NCBI RefSeq assembly: GCF_016888165.1
Contig: NZ_JACSWC010000299.1
Span: 46,193 to 110,192, forward strand
Source of the DNA: Halomicronema sp. CCY15110
GTDB taxonomy: Bacteria; Cyanobacteriota; Cyanobacteriia; Phormidesmidales; Phormidesmidaceae
DNA: 64,000 bases
Reading direction: 5' to 3'
Shown: one piece after another, positions 40,019 to 50,033 of the stretch
Position numbering within the stretch: position 1 is the first letter of the stretch
Layout: every line of letters starts with the position of its first letter
Notes under the pieces: generated by a model
What the model was told of the DNA's origin: nothing
What the model saw: only the letters and a program-made list of their open reading frames with translations
Databases searched by the model: none
Translations under genes and position numbers: made by a program

Positions 40019-40840
40019 TCACTGCAATAAACCGTGAACCGCCGACCAGCAGCGATCAGTCAGGGTCTGGGCATGTTGTGTCCCTTGCCGACCTTGATAC
40101 TGTTCGCGATCGCGGGGTGTCACCCAAATCGGCTCACCCACCCGGACTTCTACCTGGCGGTAAAACACCAGCGGATGCCCGCCCTCACGCTGAAACATCG
40201 GCTCACTCGGGTCGAATAATCCCAATAACCGGAGGGGAATCGGTGACTCAAAGCCCATCTCGTCAGACACGAGGGCCACAGGCAGCAGCGCCAACGGCTC
40301 CACCGGGACTCGCAACGCCAAATGCGCAAATCCCCGATGAAACGGCTGCAACTGCCGAGGCGAGTGCAACTGCACCATCGACTGTGCCCCTTCGGGAAAG
40401 ATGCCAATCATTTCTCGCTGCCGCAAGCGCCGATATCCCTGCCGAAAAAAGCGTCGCGGCGTATCTAACGGAAAAGCACCAAACTGATGCACCATGTCCC
40501 GCAACCCCGGAACGTGCTCCATATATTGATGGCATACAAACCCAATGGAGCGATCTAACCCGGCCATTAAGATGGGGACGTCAAGAGCACTGCGGTGATT
40601 GCTAACGACCAGTGTGGGAACCCCTTCGGGAATGTTGCGCTGCCCCGACACCGTCAGCTTAACGCCCGTCAAGTGAACCACGCCTCGGGATAAATCCAAT
40701 GGCCCAGGCATCTCTAAAAAAGGAACAGTTGGTATAGAGAGAGCGGTCATTAAGAGCCCACAAACCTTATAGCGTCGTTTACATTCCTTAATGTAGCAAT
40801 TTTCGCGTCGCCTGCTGGTGCATCGCAAGACAGATATCAC
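40019..40840 (-). CDS. plsC: 1-acyl-sn-glycerol-3-phosphate acyltransferase family protein
   Basis: HX4D motif VVSNHRSALDVPIL. FPEG motif IGIFPEGA. Confidence 0.7.
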   Translation of the reverse strand: MISVLRCTSRRRENCYIKECKRRYKVCGLLMTALSIPTVPFLEMPGPLDLSRGVVHLTGVKLTVSGQRNIPEGVPTLVVSNHRSALDVPILMAGLDRSIGFVCHQYMEHVPGLRDMVHQFGAFPLDTPRRFFRQGYRRLRQREMIGIFPEGAQSMVQLHSPRQLQPFHRGFAHLALRVPVEPLALLPVALVSDEMGFESPIPLRLLGLFDPSEPMFQREGGHPLVFYRQVEVRVGEPIWVTPRDREQYQGRQGTQHAQTLTDRCWSAVHGLLQ

Positions 40841-41207
40841 GACTGCCTTGAAGGGATCAATGTTGAACGTGAGCTATCGTTCCCCGCACTGAGTTTCCCA
40901 CACTGTGAGCATAGTCTGGGGAACTTCCCAACTGGTTTTCTAGTCTTTTGGTTGAGTAATGGCGCTAATCGTAGTCACGAGGACTGGCCGATTGATGCCG
41001 ACGACCGGCGATCAAGGTTGCCTGAGTTCCCCCTTCTCGATATCGGCGACGGTAGAGCCACTCGCGATCGCGGCAACCACCCCCGTGCCGTCAACGCGGC
41101 TGTTCTAAGTGATTTTATCGCTGACTTCCCATCGAGCAAATTCGCGATCGCGCCATGCATCTTCCACCCCTGTGTTCATTCTTTTTTCTCGTCTTCGGAG
41201 TTTTTCT

Positions 41208-42446
41208 ATGTCTAATGCTTTTCGTTGGCAGTCCGGAACCGCTTTGTTGTTAGCTTTGGGCTTAGGCGTTGGGACAATTGTGCCCACCATCACCGCTGCC
41301 CCTGTGGTAGCTCAAACACAAACCCAGGTTCAATTTAGCGATGTGCCATCAGGGCACTGGGCCAGTGAATTTATCGTGAGTTTGGCTGCCCAAGACATCA
41401 TTGCTGGCTTCCCCGATGGCACCTTCCGCCCCGAAGCCCCCGTCACGCGGGCTCAATATGCAGCGATGCTGCGCCAAGCCTTCAACCAGTCTTCAGTGCG
41501 GGGTGCGACCACTTTTGTGGATGTGCCTGCTGGCTACTGGGCCACTGAGGCCATCCGTGAGGCCAATATGATGGGTTTTCTATCCGGCTATCCCGGCAAC
41601 GAATTCCGACCCAATCTGAACATTCCTCGGGCCCAAGTCCTCGTTTCTCTGGCGAATGGCCTGAATTACACCGCGACCAATACCAACAGCGTGCAGATTT
41701 ATCGCGATGCCGCCCAGATTCCTGACTATGCCGTTACTAGCATCGCCGCCGCTACTGAGCAGCGCATGGTGGTGAATTATCCCGACCTGCAAGCACTCCA
41801 GCCCAATCAAACGGCCACCCGCGCCGATGTCGCTGCCTTTATCTATCAAGCACTTGCGAGCCAAGGTCAGGTCGCGATGATCGACTCGCCTTACATTGTG
41901 GGACAGTCCATCGTGGTGAATGACTCAACCGTTCCAGCGGGTACAGTCCTCAGCGTAAGTTACGAAGAAAGTGACACCGTTGTGGTGCTGCCCGAAGAAA
42001 CCACCGACTTAACGCTTGAGGTGACCCAAGCAGTGACCAATACCAGTGGCAACATTTTGATTCCCGTCGGGAGTCAGATTGTCGGAGAACTGCGGCCCAG
42101 TGGCGAAGGCACCCAGTTTGTGGCGCAAGAACTCGTGCTCCCAGAGGGCGATCGCTTCACCTTGAACGCCACCTCACAAACGGTCACCACTACCGAAACC
42201 ATTAGCCGGGGGGCCACCCTGGGCGAAACCCTCTTGGGGGCTGCCATTGGCTCCGGGGCTGCCGCTGCGATCGCGGGCCTCACGGGTGATCAGCGCGTCG
42301 AGACCTTGGAAGTATTGGCCGGCACTGCCACTGGAGCCACCATTGCCCGCTTACTGGGGCGGGATCAAATTGAGGTGATCACAGTTAACCCCAGCGAAGA
42401 TCTAAGCTTGGTATTGAATGCACCGCTGACATTATCGGCGCAGTAG
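41208..42446 (+). CDS. S-layer homology (SLH) domain protein
   Basis: Signal peptide. Three SLH repeats (FSDVPSGHWASEFIVSLAAQDIIAGFPDGTFRPEAPVTRAQYAAML etc.). Start set at ATG 41208, preceded by ggag. Confidence 0.75.
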   Translation: MSNAFRWQSGTALLLALGLGVGTIVPTITAAPVVAQTQTQVQFSDVPSGHWASEFIVSLAAQDIIAGFPDGTFRPEAPVTRAQYAAMLRQAFNQSSVRGATTFVDVPAGYWATEAIREANMMGFLSGYPGNEFRPNLNIPRAQVLVSLANGLNYTATNTNSVQIYRDAAQIPDYAVTSIAAATEQRMVVNYPDLQALQPNQTATRADVAAFIYQALASQGQVAMIDSPYIVGQSIVVNDSTVPAGTVLSVSYEESDTVVVLPEETTDLTLEVTQAVTNTSGNILIPVGSQIVGELRPSGEGTQFVAQELVLPEGDRFTLNATSQTVTTTETISRGATLGETLLGAAIGSGAAAAIAGLTGDQRVETLEVLAGTATGATIARLLGRDQIEVITVNPSEDLSLVLNAPLTLSAQ

Positions 42447-42565
42447 ACCGACAACGATAGCGGGCTGCCAGGAATCTCCCTGATCGCCCGCTAACGCTTT
42501 TCCAATCGAGCCCCAAAACAAAACCTCTGAGACAGTTTCAAAGTCTCAGAGGTTTAATGCTTTTA

Positions 42566-42638
42566 TACCCCCAGGGGAATTCGAATCCCCGTCGCCTCCG
42601 TGAAAGGGAGGTGTCCTAGGCCTCTAGACGATGGGGGC
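42566..42638 (-). tRNA. tRNA-Glu (anticodon UUC), no encoded CCA
   Basis: Minus-strand sequence GCCCCCATCGTCTAGAGGCCTAGGACACCTCCCTTTCACGGAGGCGACGGGGATTCGAATTCCCCTGGGGGTA. 7-bp acceptor stem GCCCCCA/TGGGGGT. T-loop GGGGATTCGAATTCCCC. Anticodon loop CTTTCAC. Confidence 0.85.
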
Positions 42639-42758
42639 CTGTGTTGTTCGACACTGATCAATATAAACAAATGCTGTACCCGTGTCAAACAAATAAGCTG
42701 AGCTCAGACCGACTATCTAAAGCCAGGTAAAACCAGGTCTCTCAGCCCAGGGTATATG

Positions 42759-43058
42759 TTACTTCAAACCGCTAGCATTGCGTAGCCTGATGACCTGACG
42801 GCGCATTTCGGGGGAAGCTTCCAGCTCAGTCACTTCGTTTACCTTGACATCAGCATGCAAGGGTTCAAGATAGTTATCGCTGCCGTAGGAGTACGCATCG
42901 ATGAGAATCTGCAAAAGCTGATCGCGATCGCACTGAGCCAGTTCCTCTTCAATCAGGCGAAACTTAAGTGTTACCTCACACTCATAGATTCCCACCTGCG
43001 GCGTCGATGGTTGGACTGCCGAATGCACATTTGTGGAACAGAGTTTCATCTTTGTCAT
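42759..43058 (-). CDS. Hypothetical protein
   Basis: ORF only. Confidence 0.3.
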   Translation of the reverse strand: MTKMKLCSTNVHSAVQPSTPQVGIYECEVTLKFRLIEEELAQCDRDQLLQILIDAYSYGSDNYLEPLHADVKVNEVTELEASPEMRRQVIRLRNASGLK

Positions 43059-43884
43059 GCCGCTTAATCAGAACAGTAGTGACTTTATGGACGGAATGCC
43101 TCATCGTTATTCAGCCTATTCGCGTTTGATGAGGGCATCGCCTAAGTGCTTAACTCCATAGAACCAATTTTTTCTGGAAAAGGGCGCATTGGGATGGCGA
43201 TTTTACTGGATTAATAAATTCCCTTTCTATTAGCTTTAAACAAACGTCTGATCTCCCAGAATACACTGATGAAACCAGTTCAAAATGACCAAAACTCTTT
43301 ACAAGAAGGAGTCTTGGGGGTTATCTAGCCACCCCTCATCTCACCCATGAAATGGGTATGATAATGGCGTCGAATCAGCCCCATTTATCCGCAAAAAGAC
43401 TTAAATCAAGTCCACCTTCTCAGTTTTTTCACACACAAAGGCTTGATTAAATCGAAGTACTGAAACAGATTTCGTGTAAATAGTTTCAGTGCATCAGCAT
43501 TTACACTAGCAACGGGGTGGGTAGTAGCTTGAAATCGATCACTCTAAAATCTCAGTAGAATCTCGCACCTACGATTGGATAGCAGTCGGTGACCGGGAAA
43601 TGTAGTTGGTGCAGTTATCGATGCGGCAAAGGTAATCACTGCATGCGGCCCCAGGGGACATTCATCATTAGGAGATACAGAAAGCCCAGGTAAGTCTCAT
43701 CTGAGAGCTTCGGATGTCCTGACATATCTTCTGAAACTGCCGATTTTGAGGAGATTGACGCCTCAATGCTCCCAGTGGTGAAAGACGGGCGTTGCTTAAG
43801 AATCCTTTAGGTTCAGCGGTTGCCTGACTTTGCTGCATCACTCAACCGATCTTGCGAATCCAGTATTTGACAGCGGATAGACCA

Positions 43885-45759
43885 TTAGTTTGCTGGATTA
43901 GTGGATGAGACTTGCCACCAGCGGACGGTTTCATCGGCGGCGGTGCTGAACAGGGTCTGGCCATCCGGCGCGAATCGCAAATCACTGATCGTCCAGCCGT
44001 GATGCAGCACTGTGACCCGGTGGCGGTTGGCCGAGGCCCATTGCCAGAGGCGAATGGTGCCATCGCGACTGCCGATCGCCAGCCAGGTTTCATCCGCACT
44101 GAGGGCGATCGCGCTGACGGCATCCTGACATCGTTCGAGTTCTGCGTGCTGCCCAAAATCGAGGAGCGACCACACCACGACGCGCCCGGTGCGATCGCCG
44201 GTGATGAGGGCGGGGTCGCTGGCGCTCAGGGTCACCGCTCGTAGCGGGGCTTTGGCCGTCCAAGTATGCAGTAATTGACCGCTGGGGAGTGCCCACAGTC
44301 TCAAGGTGCCCGCTTCGCCCACACTGGCCAGGCGCGTGCCGTCGGGACTCAGCGCGAGATCGTTGACTCGGCCCGCATGACGCCTGAGATCGAAGCTGCG
44401 GGTTCCCTGGTTCAGATCCCAAAGCGAGATGCGGCCGGCGACATCAGCCACCGCCAACGTTTTGCCATCGGGGGTGAGGGCGATCGCGGTAATTTGCCCA
44501 CCGGGCTGTCGCAACGATTGTTGCAATCGATAGGTGGTCAAATCCCATTGCAAAATCTGGCCGTCTTGCCCAGCGGTGATCAGGCGATCGCCCGCTGGCT
44601 GAAACGCTACTGCCGTGACGGCATCCCGGTGACCCGCGCCGAAGCCCAGCCGGGGGGCCAGGGTTTGTAGCACTTCGCCAGTTTGCCGATCCCAAAGCTG
44701 TACGGTGTGATCGCTGTTGGCGGTGGCTATGGCTCGACCATCGGGACTCAGGGCCAGGGCGTTCACCGTGCGCCCTGGGGTCGGCCAGGTGTGGGTACAG
44801 CGCCAGGTGGTTGTCTGAGGGGCCAGCAGCGAGTTGGGCCGCGATCGCGGTGGCCCCAGTCCGGCGGGTGCCAGCTCTGCCAAAACGGCGTCAGCCGTGG
44901 CGTAACGACTGCGGAGCGATCGCGCCACCAGGCGATCAAGCACTCGCCCTAGGGCCTCGCCCACGGGGGTCGGCGCAAAGTCACGCCACACCCACCGATC
45001 TGCCGCCACGGAGTAAAGATCAAAGGGATGTTGCCCCGTCAATAAATGCAGGCAAGTGATGCCCAAGCCGTAGAGATCGCTGGCGGGCACGGCTTTGCCC
45101 AGGGCTTGCTCGGGGGCGGCGTAACCGGCGCTGCCGATAATAGTGCCCGTGCGTTCCAGTTCCGTGGCAGTGGGGGCGGTGCGGGCAGCGCCAAAATCGA
45201 CGAGGATCGGCGGCCCCTCGGGAGGCAGCAAAATATTTTCGGGCTTGATGTCGCGATGGATGATGCCCTGTTGGTGAATGAATTGCAGCACGGGCAACAG
45301 CGCCATCAGCAGCGATCGCACCTGCGGTTCATCAAAGACTCCGTCGGCCTGCAAGACCTGCTCCAAATTGCGTCCGGCGATGTAGGACTGCACCAGACAA
45401 AGGTCGCGGCTCGATTCCAGAATGGCGATGAGTTGAGGAATCTGGGGGTGTCGTCCCAGCGTGGCGAGGCGTTTGGCCTCGGCCAAGTCCCGCTCACGGC
45501 TGCCCTGCGATCGCACAATTTGTTTGATCACGCATTGCTGCGGCGGCGACTCGCCTTCATCCCACGCTAAAAACGTGCGCCCAAAGCCCCCCCGCCCCAG
45601 TTCCTTCACAGGCCGAAAGCGCTGACCCAATCGCAACCGCGCCCCGCAGGACTGGCAGCGATCGCGATCGTCCCCATTTTCCGGGTGGGGGCATTGGGGA
45701 TTGATGCAGAGGGTGACCACGACAGTGTGCGCCATGCATGGCGGTATCAGTGCTCTCAA
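43885..45759 (-). CDS. Ser/Thr protein kinase with N-terminal zinc ribbon and C-terminal WD40 repeats
   Basis: CxxC...CxxC N-term. Kinase motifs GRGGFGRTF, HRDIKPENILL, DFG, APE. C-terminal WD40 repeats (IRLWD, LWDL etc.). Confidence 0.85.
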   Translation of the reverse strand: MRALIPPCMAHTVVVTLCINPQCPHPENGDDRDRCQSCGARLRLGQRFRPVKELGRGGFGRTFLAWDEGESPPQQCVIKQIVRSQGSRERDLAEAKRLATLGRHPQIPQLIAILESSRDLCLVQSYIAGRNLEQVLQADGVFDEPQVRSLLMALLPVLQFIHQQGIIHRDIKPENILLPPEGPPILVDFGAARTAPTATELERTGTIIGSAGYAAPEQALGKAVPASDLYGLGITCLHLLTGQHPFDLYSVAADRWVWRDFAPTPVGEALGRVLDRLVARSLRSRYATADAVLAELAPAGLGPPRSRPNSLLAPQTTTWRCTHTWPTPGRTVNALALSPDGRAIATANSDHTVQLWDRQTGEVLQTLAPRLGFGAGHRDAVTAVAFQPAGDRLITAGQDGQILQWDLTTYRLQQSLRQPGGQITAIALTPDGKTLAVADVAGRISLWDLNQGTRSFDLRRHAGRVNDLALSPDGTRLASVGEAGTLRLWALPSGQLLHTWTAKAPLRAVTLSASDPALITGDRTGRVVVWSLLDFGQHAELERCQDAVSAIALSADETWLAIGSRDGTIRLWQWASANRHRVTVLHHGWTISDLRFAPDGQTLFSTAADETVRWWQVSSTNPAN

Positions 45760-45809
45760 TCTACCGAAATTGGTCGCGATCGTTCACTGCATCCAACCGT
45801 TCTCAACCG

Positions 45810-46580
45810 TTAAGGGGCGACCTTGGCCGTCGTACCGCGCAGGAGATCCATGATTTCGTCGCAATGGTGGTGAAACGGGTCAGTCCGGCGGACGGCATAG
45901 GCGCGGTGCGGCCCCAGGTGGATGCTCACTTCTGCGGCGATCGTGCCAGGACGCGCTGAGAGCACGTAGATGCGCTGGGAGAGAAACACGGCCTCGCTGA
46001 CATCGTGAGTAATCATCAAAATGCTGATGCCCAGGCGATCCCATAGTTCCAGTAAAAATTCCTGCATACTTTCTTTGGTCTGCACGTCTAAAGCGCCAAA
46101 GGGTTCGTCCATCAGCAAGATTTTGGGATGGTTAGCCAGGGCGCGGGCGATCGCTACCCGCTGTTTCATACCGCCGGACAGTTCCTTGGGCAGCGATCGC
46201 GAAAACTGCGCCAGCCCCACCACATCCAGATAGCGCGACGCTTCTTCGCGCCGCTGCTTGGCCGCCATACCTTGCAGCTTCAGGCCAAATTCCACATTCT
46301 CCTGCACCGTCATCCAGGGATAGAGGGTGTAGCTCTGGAACACCATGCCGCGATCGGCCCCCGGCCCAATCACCGGCTGCCCATCCACGGTGATTTCCCC
46401 CGCTGTGGGCATCTCTAGCCCCGCCACCAGTCGCAGCAAAGTGGACTTGCCGGAACCCGACGCGCCGACGGCACACACAAATTCCCCCGTTTCAACGTGC
46501 ATGTTGATGTCTTTGAGGGCGACGAGCGGGCCTTGGGGCGTGTTGAACTGTTTGTGGACTTTGGCGATTTCCAGGTGCAT
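45810..46580 (-). CDS. ABC transporter ATP-binding protein (NitT/TauT nitrate/sulfonate/bicarbonate family), part of the guanidine-associated transporter
   Basis: Walker A GASGSGKSTLL, signature SGGMKQRV, Walker B LLMDEPF. Confidence 0.85.
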   Translation of the reverse strand: MHLEIAKVHKQFNTPQGPLVALKDINMHVETGEFVCAVGASGSGKSTLLRLVAGLEMPTAGEITVDGQPVIGPGADRGMVFQSYTLYPWMTVQENVEFGLKLQGMAAKQRREEASRYLDVVGLAQFSRSLPKELSGGMKQRVAIARALANHPKILLMDEPFGALDVQTKESMQEFLLELWDRLGISILMITHDVSEAVFLSQRIYVLSARPGTIAAEVSIHLGPHRAYAVRRTDPFHHHCDEIMDLLRGTTAKVAP

Positions 46581-46582
46581 GG

Positions 46583-46640
46583 GTTTGGGGTGAGGGTAGC
46601 TGGGTAGCTGGGTTGTTGGGTAGCAGGGTGTGAGGGTGCT
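46583..46640. repeat. Array of degenerate octamer repeats (TGGGTAGC-like), left arm of an inverted pair flanking the four-helix-bundle gene
   Basis: ggtgagggtagctgggtagctgggttgttgggtagcagggtgtgagggtg, read directly. Confidence 0.6.
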
Positions 46641-46693
46641 TGGGTGGAAAAGGGGGAATTCTGGAAGTGTCTGTCTACACAGGGTGCGGGTGT

Positions 46694-47077
46694 ATGGGTA
46701 AGGGAATAGTCAGGGTGTATCGGGATTTGGAGGTGTATCAGACAGCATTTGCGGCAGCGATGGAGATTTTTGAGGCTTCTAAACGGTTTCCAGTGGAAGA
46801 GCGGTATTCGTTGACGGATCAGATTCGACGGTCTTCACGTTCTGTTTGTGCAAATTTGGGAGAAGCATGGCGGAAGCGACGTTATCGGGCCGCTTTCGTA
46901 GCAAAGCTGTATGACTGTCAAGCCGAGGCGACCGAGACCCAAATTTGGCTAGAGTTCTCTGTCAAATGCCAATATCTTGAACCGGAATTAGCTCGCAACC
47001 TCTATCGTGCCTACGACCAAGTGCTGGGTCAGCTTGCCAATATGGTCAAAAACGCCTCTCAATGGACAGTCCAGTAG
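46694..47077 (+). CDS. Four-helix-bundle protein (23S rRNA intervening-sequence protein family)
   Basis: IVRVYRDLEVYQTAFAAAMEIFEASKRFPVEERYSLTDQIRRSSRSVCANLGEAWRKRRY is the family pattern. Antisense to the surrounding ABC operon. Start set at internal ATG 46694. Confidence 0.7.
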   Translation: MGKGIVRVYRDLEVYQTAFAAAMEIFEASKRFPVEERYSLTDQIRRSSRSVCANLGEAWRKRRYRAAFVAKLYDCQAEATETQIWLEFSVKCQYLEPELARNLYRAYDQVLGQLANMVKNASQWTVQ

Positions 47078-47170
47078 TTGTTTACCCTCACACTCTCACA
47101 CTCAACTACCCAGCCACCCAACTACCCTCACACCCTTCCACTCCTACTTCACCGCACCTACTTCACCGCC
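47078..47170. repeat. Inverted copy of the octamer-repeat array (GCTACCCA/CACCCTCA units), right arm
   Basis: ccctcacactctcacactcaactacccagccacccaactaccctcacaccc is the reverse complement of the left arm. Confidence 0.6.
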
Positions 47171-48129
47171 CACTGACAGGTCATCCGCATGGCAGCTTGC
47201 AGAGAGAGATCGAGGATGAATCCGATGAGGCCCAGCACCAGTAAGCAGGCGAAGATGTCGTCGGTTTGAAAGAATTTTTGGGAGATGGCGATGCGCTTGC
47301 CGAGGCCGCTGTCGGCGGCGACGAGTTCGGCGACGATGACCAGGTTCCAGGAGGCGGCCATGTTGACGCGCAGGGTGTCAAAGAGGCTGGGGATAACGTA
47401 GGGGGTGATGACTTGCATCAGTACCTGGCGGCGATCGCCCCCCAAGGTATAAGTCGTCTCAATCAGCTCTTTGGGCACAAACTTGACCGCATCCATAATC
47501 ATCAGCGTGTTGAAAAACACGGTACCGATAAAAATCAGCGCAATTTTCGGTTCTTCACCCAGGCCCAAATAAATGATCAAAAGGGGAATAAAGGCCGGAG
47601 CGGGCATGTAACGAACGATGCCGACGAGGGGTTCTAGCAGCGATCGCACGCTGCGAAACGCCCCCATGCCAATACCCAGCGGAATCGCCACCAGCGCCGC
47701 CAGCAAAAAGCCCGCCGACACCCGCAAAAAGCTCGCCAGCGTGTCGGTCAGCAAATAGCCCTCTTGCCACAAGGTCACCAGGGACGCGATGACCATGCCG
47801 GGCGTCGGTAGAAACTTGTTGTCAATCCAGCCGGTGCTCGCGATCGCCCACCACAGCAACAACGGCACCAACACCGACATCACCATCAGCACCCATTTCA
47901 GCCGGATTGGGATGTCCTCAGCAATGCGCCAAAACACCGTCGGCTTCAGGCTAGGGGCCGCTGTAGACGACTCTGTATACGTGGGTGGAGAGGAGACGAC
48001 TGTCATGATGAGACCTGCGAGAGAGCGGCTAATTGAGAATGCCCGGTTTTGAGGAAGAGTGTGAGAGTAGCTGGGTAGTAGGGTGGCTGGGTAGCAGAGT
48101 GGCTGGGTAGCGGGCTGTGAATCCCTCAC
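47158..48129 (-). CDS. ABC transporter permease (NitT/TauT family)
   Basis: Permease signature region with conserved G..P spacing. 323 aa, 6 TM helices. Confidence 0.8.
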   Translation of the reverse strand: MRDSQPATQPLCYPATLLPSYSHTLPQNRAFSISRSLAGLIMTVVSSPPTYTESSTAAPSLKPTVFWRIAEDIPIRLKWVLMVMSVLVPLLLWWAIASTGWIDNKFLPTPGMVIASLVTLWQEGYLLTDTLASFLRVSAGFLLAALVAIPLGIGMGAFRSVRSLLEPLVGIVRYMPAPAFIPLLIIYLGLGEEPKIALIFIGTVFFNTLMIMDAVKFVPKELIETTYTLGGDRRQVLMQVITPYVIPSLFDTLRVNMAASWNLVIVAELVAADSGLGKRIAISQKFFQTDDIFACLLVLGLIGFILDLSLQAAMRMTCQWAVK

Positions 48130-48170
48130 ACCCTCACACCCTCACACCCTGCCACCCAAGCCCTAAGGGC
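48040..48170. repeat. Octamer-repeat array in both orientations (GGGTAGTAGGGTGGCTGGGTAGC... then CCCTCACACCCTCACACCCTCACACCC)
   Basis: Read directly. Intergenic between permease and binding-protein genes. Confidence 0.6.
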
Positions 48171-48191
48171 AGGCTTCGCCAACACACTCCC

Positions 48192-49247
48192 CTACGCATT
48201 CGCCTCGGCATAGGCCGTCACAAACTGGTCATCCAACACGGCTTCCAGATCCGGCGCTTCGGGAATGAAGCCGACTTCGACCATGAAGTTCGCCATCTCT
48301 TCAGCGGCGTAGGGCATATGCACCATGCTGTCGCCAGGGCTGAAGGCTTCCAGGTTTTCTTCGAGGGTGAAGAAGCGGGTGCCTTCCAGGTACTTTTCGA
48401 AGTCAGCGGCATCCACGCTGGCGCGATCGGCCATGATTTCGTAGGCGCGTTCCTGGTTTTCGTCAATAAAGGTGAGGATGTCGAACCAGGTGTTGACCAA
48501 GGCTTGCACCACTTCTGGCTGCTCGTCGATCAGGGTTTGGGTCACCACGAGCAGGTCAGGGATGGCACCGGGGAAGTCGGCAGAACTGGTGAGTTCTTTG
48601 CTGCCTTCACGGGTCAGCGCCGTTTCCCAGAAGGGTACCCAACCCGCAAAGGCGTCGGCTTGTCCAGCGGCAAAGGCGGCAGCGGCAGCGCCGGTTTCCA
48701 GGTTTTCAATATTCACATCATCGCGGGATTGGCCCGCTTCTTCCAGGGCCAGGGTCAGCAAAAAGTCGCCAACGACGCCTTCTTCCAGCGCCACGGATGC
48801 GCCGACGAGGTCAGCAACCGTCTCGATTTCCGCCGACACGATGACTTTGTCATTACCCGCCGAGTTGTCGTTCACCGCCACGGCGACTTCGCCATTCACG
48901 GCTTCTCCGGCGAAGGAAATGGTGTCGTTGAGGGTTTGGCAGTTGGCGTCGAGTTGTCCAGAGGCGAGCGCTTGCATGGATTCTAAATAGCCGTCGAACC
49001 AAATGAGTTCCACGTTGACGCCGTTGGCGTCGAAGAGTCCTTCTTGTTCGGCGATCGCCCAAGGCCACCAACCAGCCCAACTGCTGTAGCCCATCACAAT
49101 GGGCGTTTCATTGATGAATTCGACGGCTTCGCCAGCGGTATCAGTATCGGTCGGGGCGTCGGCAGTGTCTTGAGCGCACCCGATGGTGACAAATAGGGTA
49201 CAAAAGAACGCCAGTAACACTGGCAAGAGAGAGCGACGTTTCATCAT
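48192..49247 (-). CDS. ABC transporter substrate-binding lipoprotein (NMT1/NitT/TauT family), putative guanidine-binding
   Basis: Signal/lipobox (LLAFFCTLFVTIGC). 351 aa periplasmic binding protein that precedes permease and ATPase. Confidence 0.75.
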   Translation of the reverse strand: MMKRRSLLPVLLAFFCTLFVTIGCAQDTADAPTDTDTAGEAVEFINETPIVMGYSSWAGWWPWAIAEQEGLFDANGVNVELIWFDGYLESMQALASGQLDANCQTLNDTISFAGEAVNGEVAVAVNDNSAGNDKVIVSAEIETVADLVGASVALEEGVVGDFLLTLALEEAGQSRDDVNIENLETGAAAAAFAAGQADAFAGWVPFWETALTREGSKELTSSADFPGAIPDLLVVTQTLIDEQPEVVQALVNTWFDILTFIDENQERAYEIMADRASVDAADFEKYLEGTRFFTLEENLEAFSPGDSMVHMPYAAEEMANFMVEVGFIPEAPDLEAVLDDQFVTAYAEANA

Positions 49248-49287
49248 GGTGTTGAGACAGTGAACAAACTAGACAGCAAACACTTGA

Positions 49288-49977
49288 TCAGGCAGAAGTC
49301 AGTTCTGGAGACTTCACGGCAGAGCGCACCCAGTCAAACCAGAGCGCTAATCCTTCCCCAGACTTGGCCGACACCGGGATCACGGTGACGTGGGGATTGA
49401 TCTGGCGCACGTTGGCTTCGATCAGCGCTAGATCCACATCTAAATAGGGAGCGAGATCAATTTTTGTAATCAGAAGCACATCTGCTTCGCGAAACATGAC
49501 GGGATACTTCAGCGGTTTGTCTTCGCCCTCGGTGACGCTAAGCAGGGCAACTTTGGCGTGTTCTCCCACTCCAAACTCAGCGGGACAGACGAGATTGCCC
49601 ACATTTTCGACAATCACCATATCGAGGTCTTGGGGCGCATAGTCATGGCTCAGGGTGTGAATGCCGCCAGCGACCATGCGGGCGTCGAGGTGGCAGGCGC
49701 GGCCCGTGTTGATGGCGATCACGGGAACGTCGTATTGGCGGAGGCGATCGGCATCGAGTTCGGTGGTCATGTCGCCTTCGATCACGGCCAGGTTGAGGTC
49801 AGTCGTCAGGGCCGCCAGGGTCTTTTCTAGCAGGGCGGTTTTGCCCGCACCGGGGCTGCTCATCAGGTTTATGCAGGTGATGCCCCAGGCGTCGAAGTGG
49901 GTGCGGTTGTGGTCAGCGCCTTCCTGGTTGGCGTGGAGGAGGTTGATGCCGAGGGTGTCGTCGATGATTTGGTGCAT
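49288..49977 (-). CDS. hypB: HypB-like GTPase (Ni-insertion accessory protein, GhaB-like)
   Basis: [15 protein letters not shown]-loop. HypB/UreG family layout. Start moved to the internal MHQ Met to remove the 64-bp overlap with the upstream gene. The track ORF start at 50097 is over-extended. Confidence 0.75.
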   Translation of the reverse strand: MHQIIDDTLGINLLHANQEGADHNRTHFDAWGITCINLMSSPGAGKTALLEKTLAALTTDLNLAVIEGDMTTELDADRLRQYDVPVIAINTGRACHLDARMVAGGIHTLSHDYAPQDLDMVIVENVGNLVCPAEFGVGEHAKVALLSVTEGEDKPLKYPVMFREADVLLITKIDLAPYLDVDLALIEANVRQINPHVTVIPVSAKSGEGLALWFDWVRSAVKSPELTSA

Positions 49978-50033
49978 GGTTTTAAAAGGGTTGGGGCGCA
50001 CGGCCGTGCGCCCGTACAGGATGCGTGAATGGG

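Noticed and set aside
48117-48986. 289-aa plus-strand ORF opposite the ABC binding-protein gene
   Set aside because: Antisense artefact. The minus-strand protein has signal peptide and NMT1-like features.
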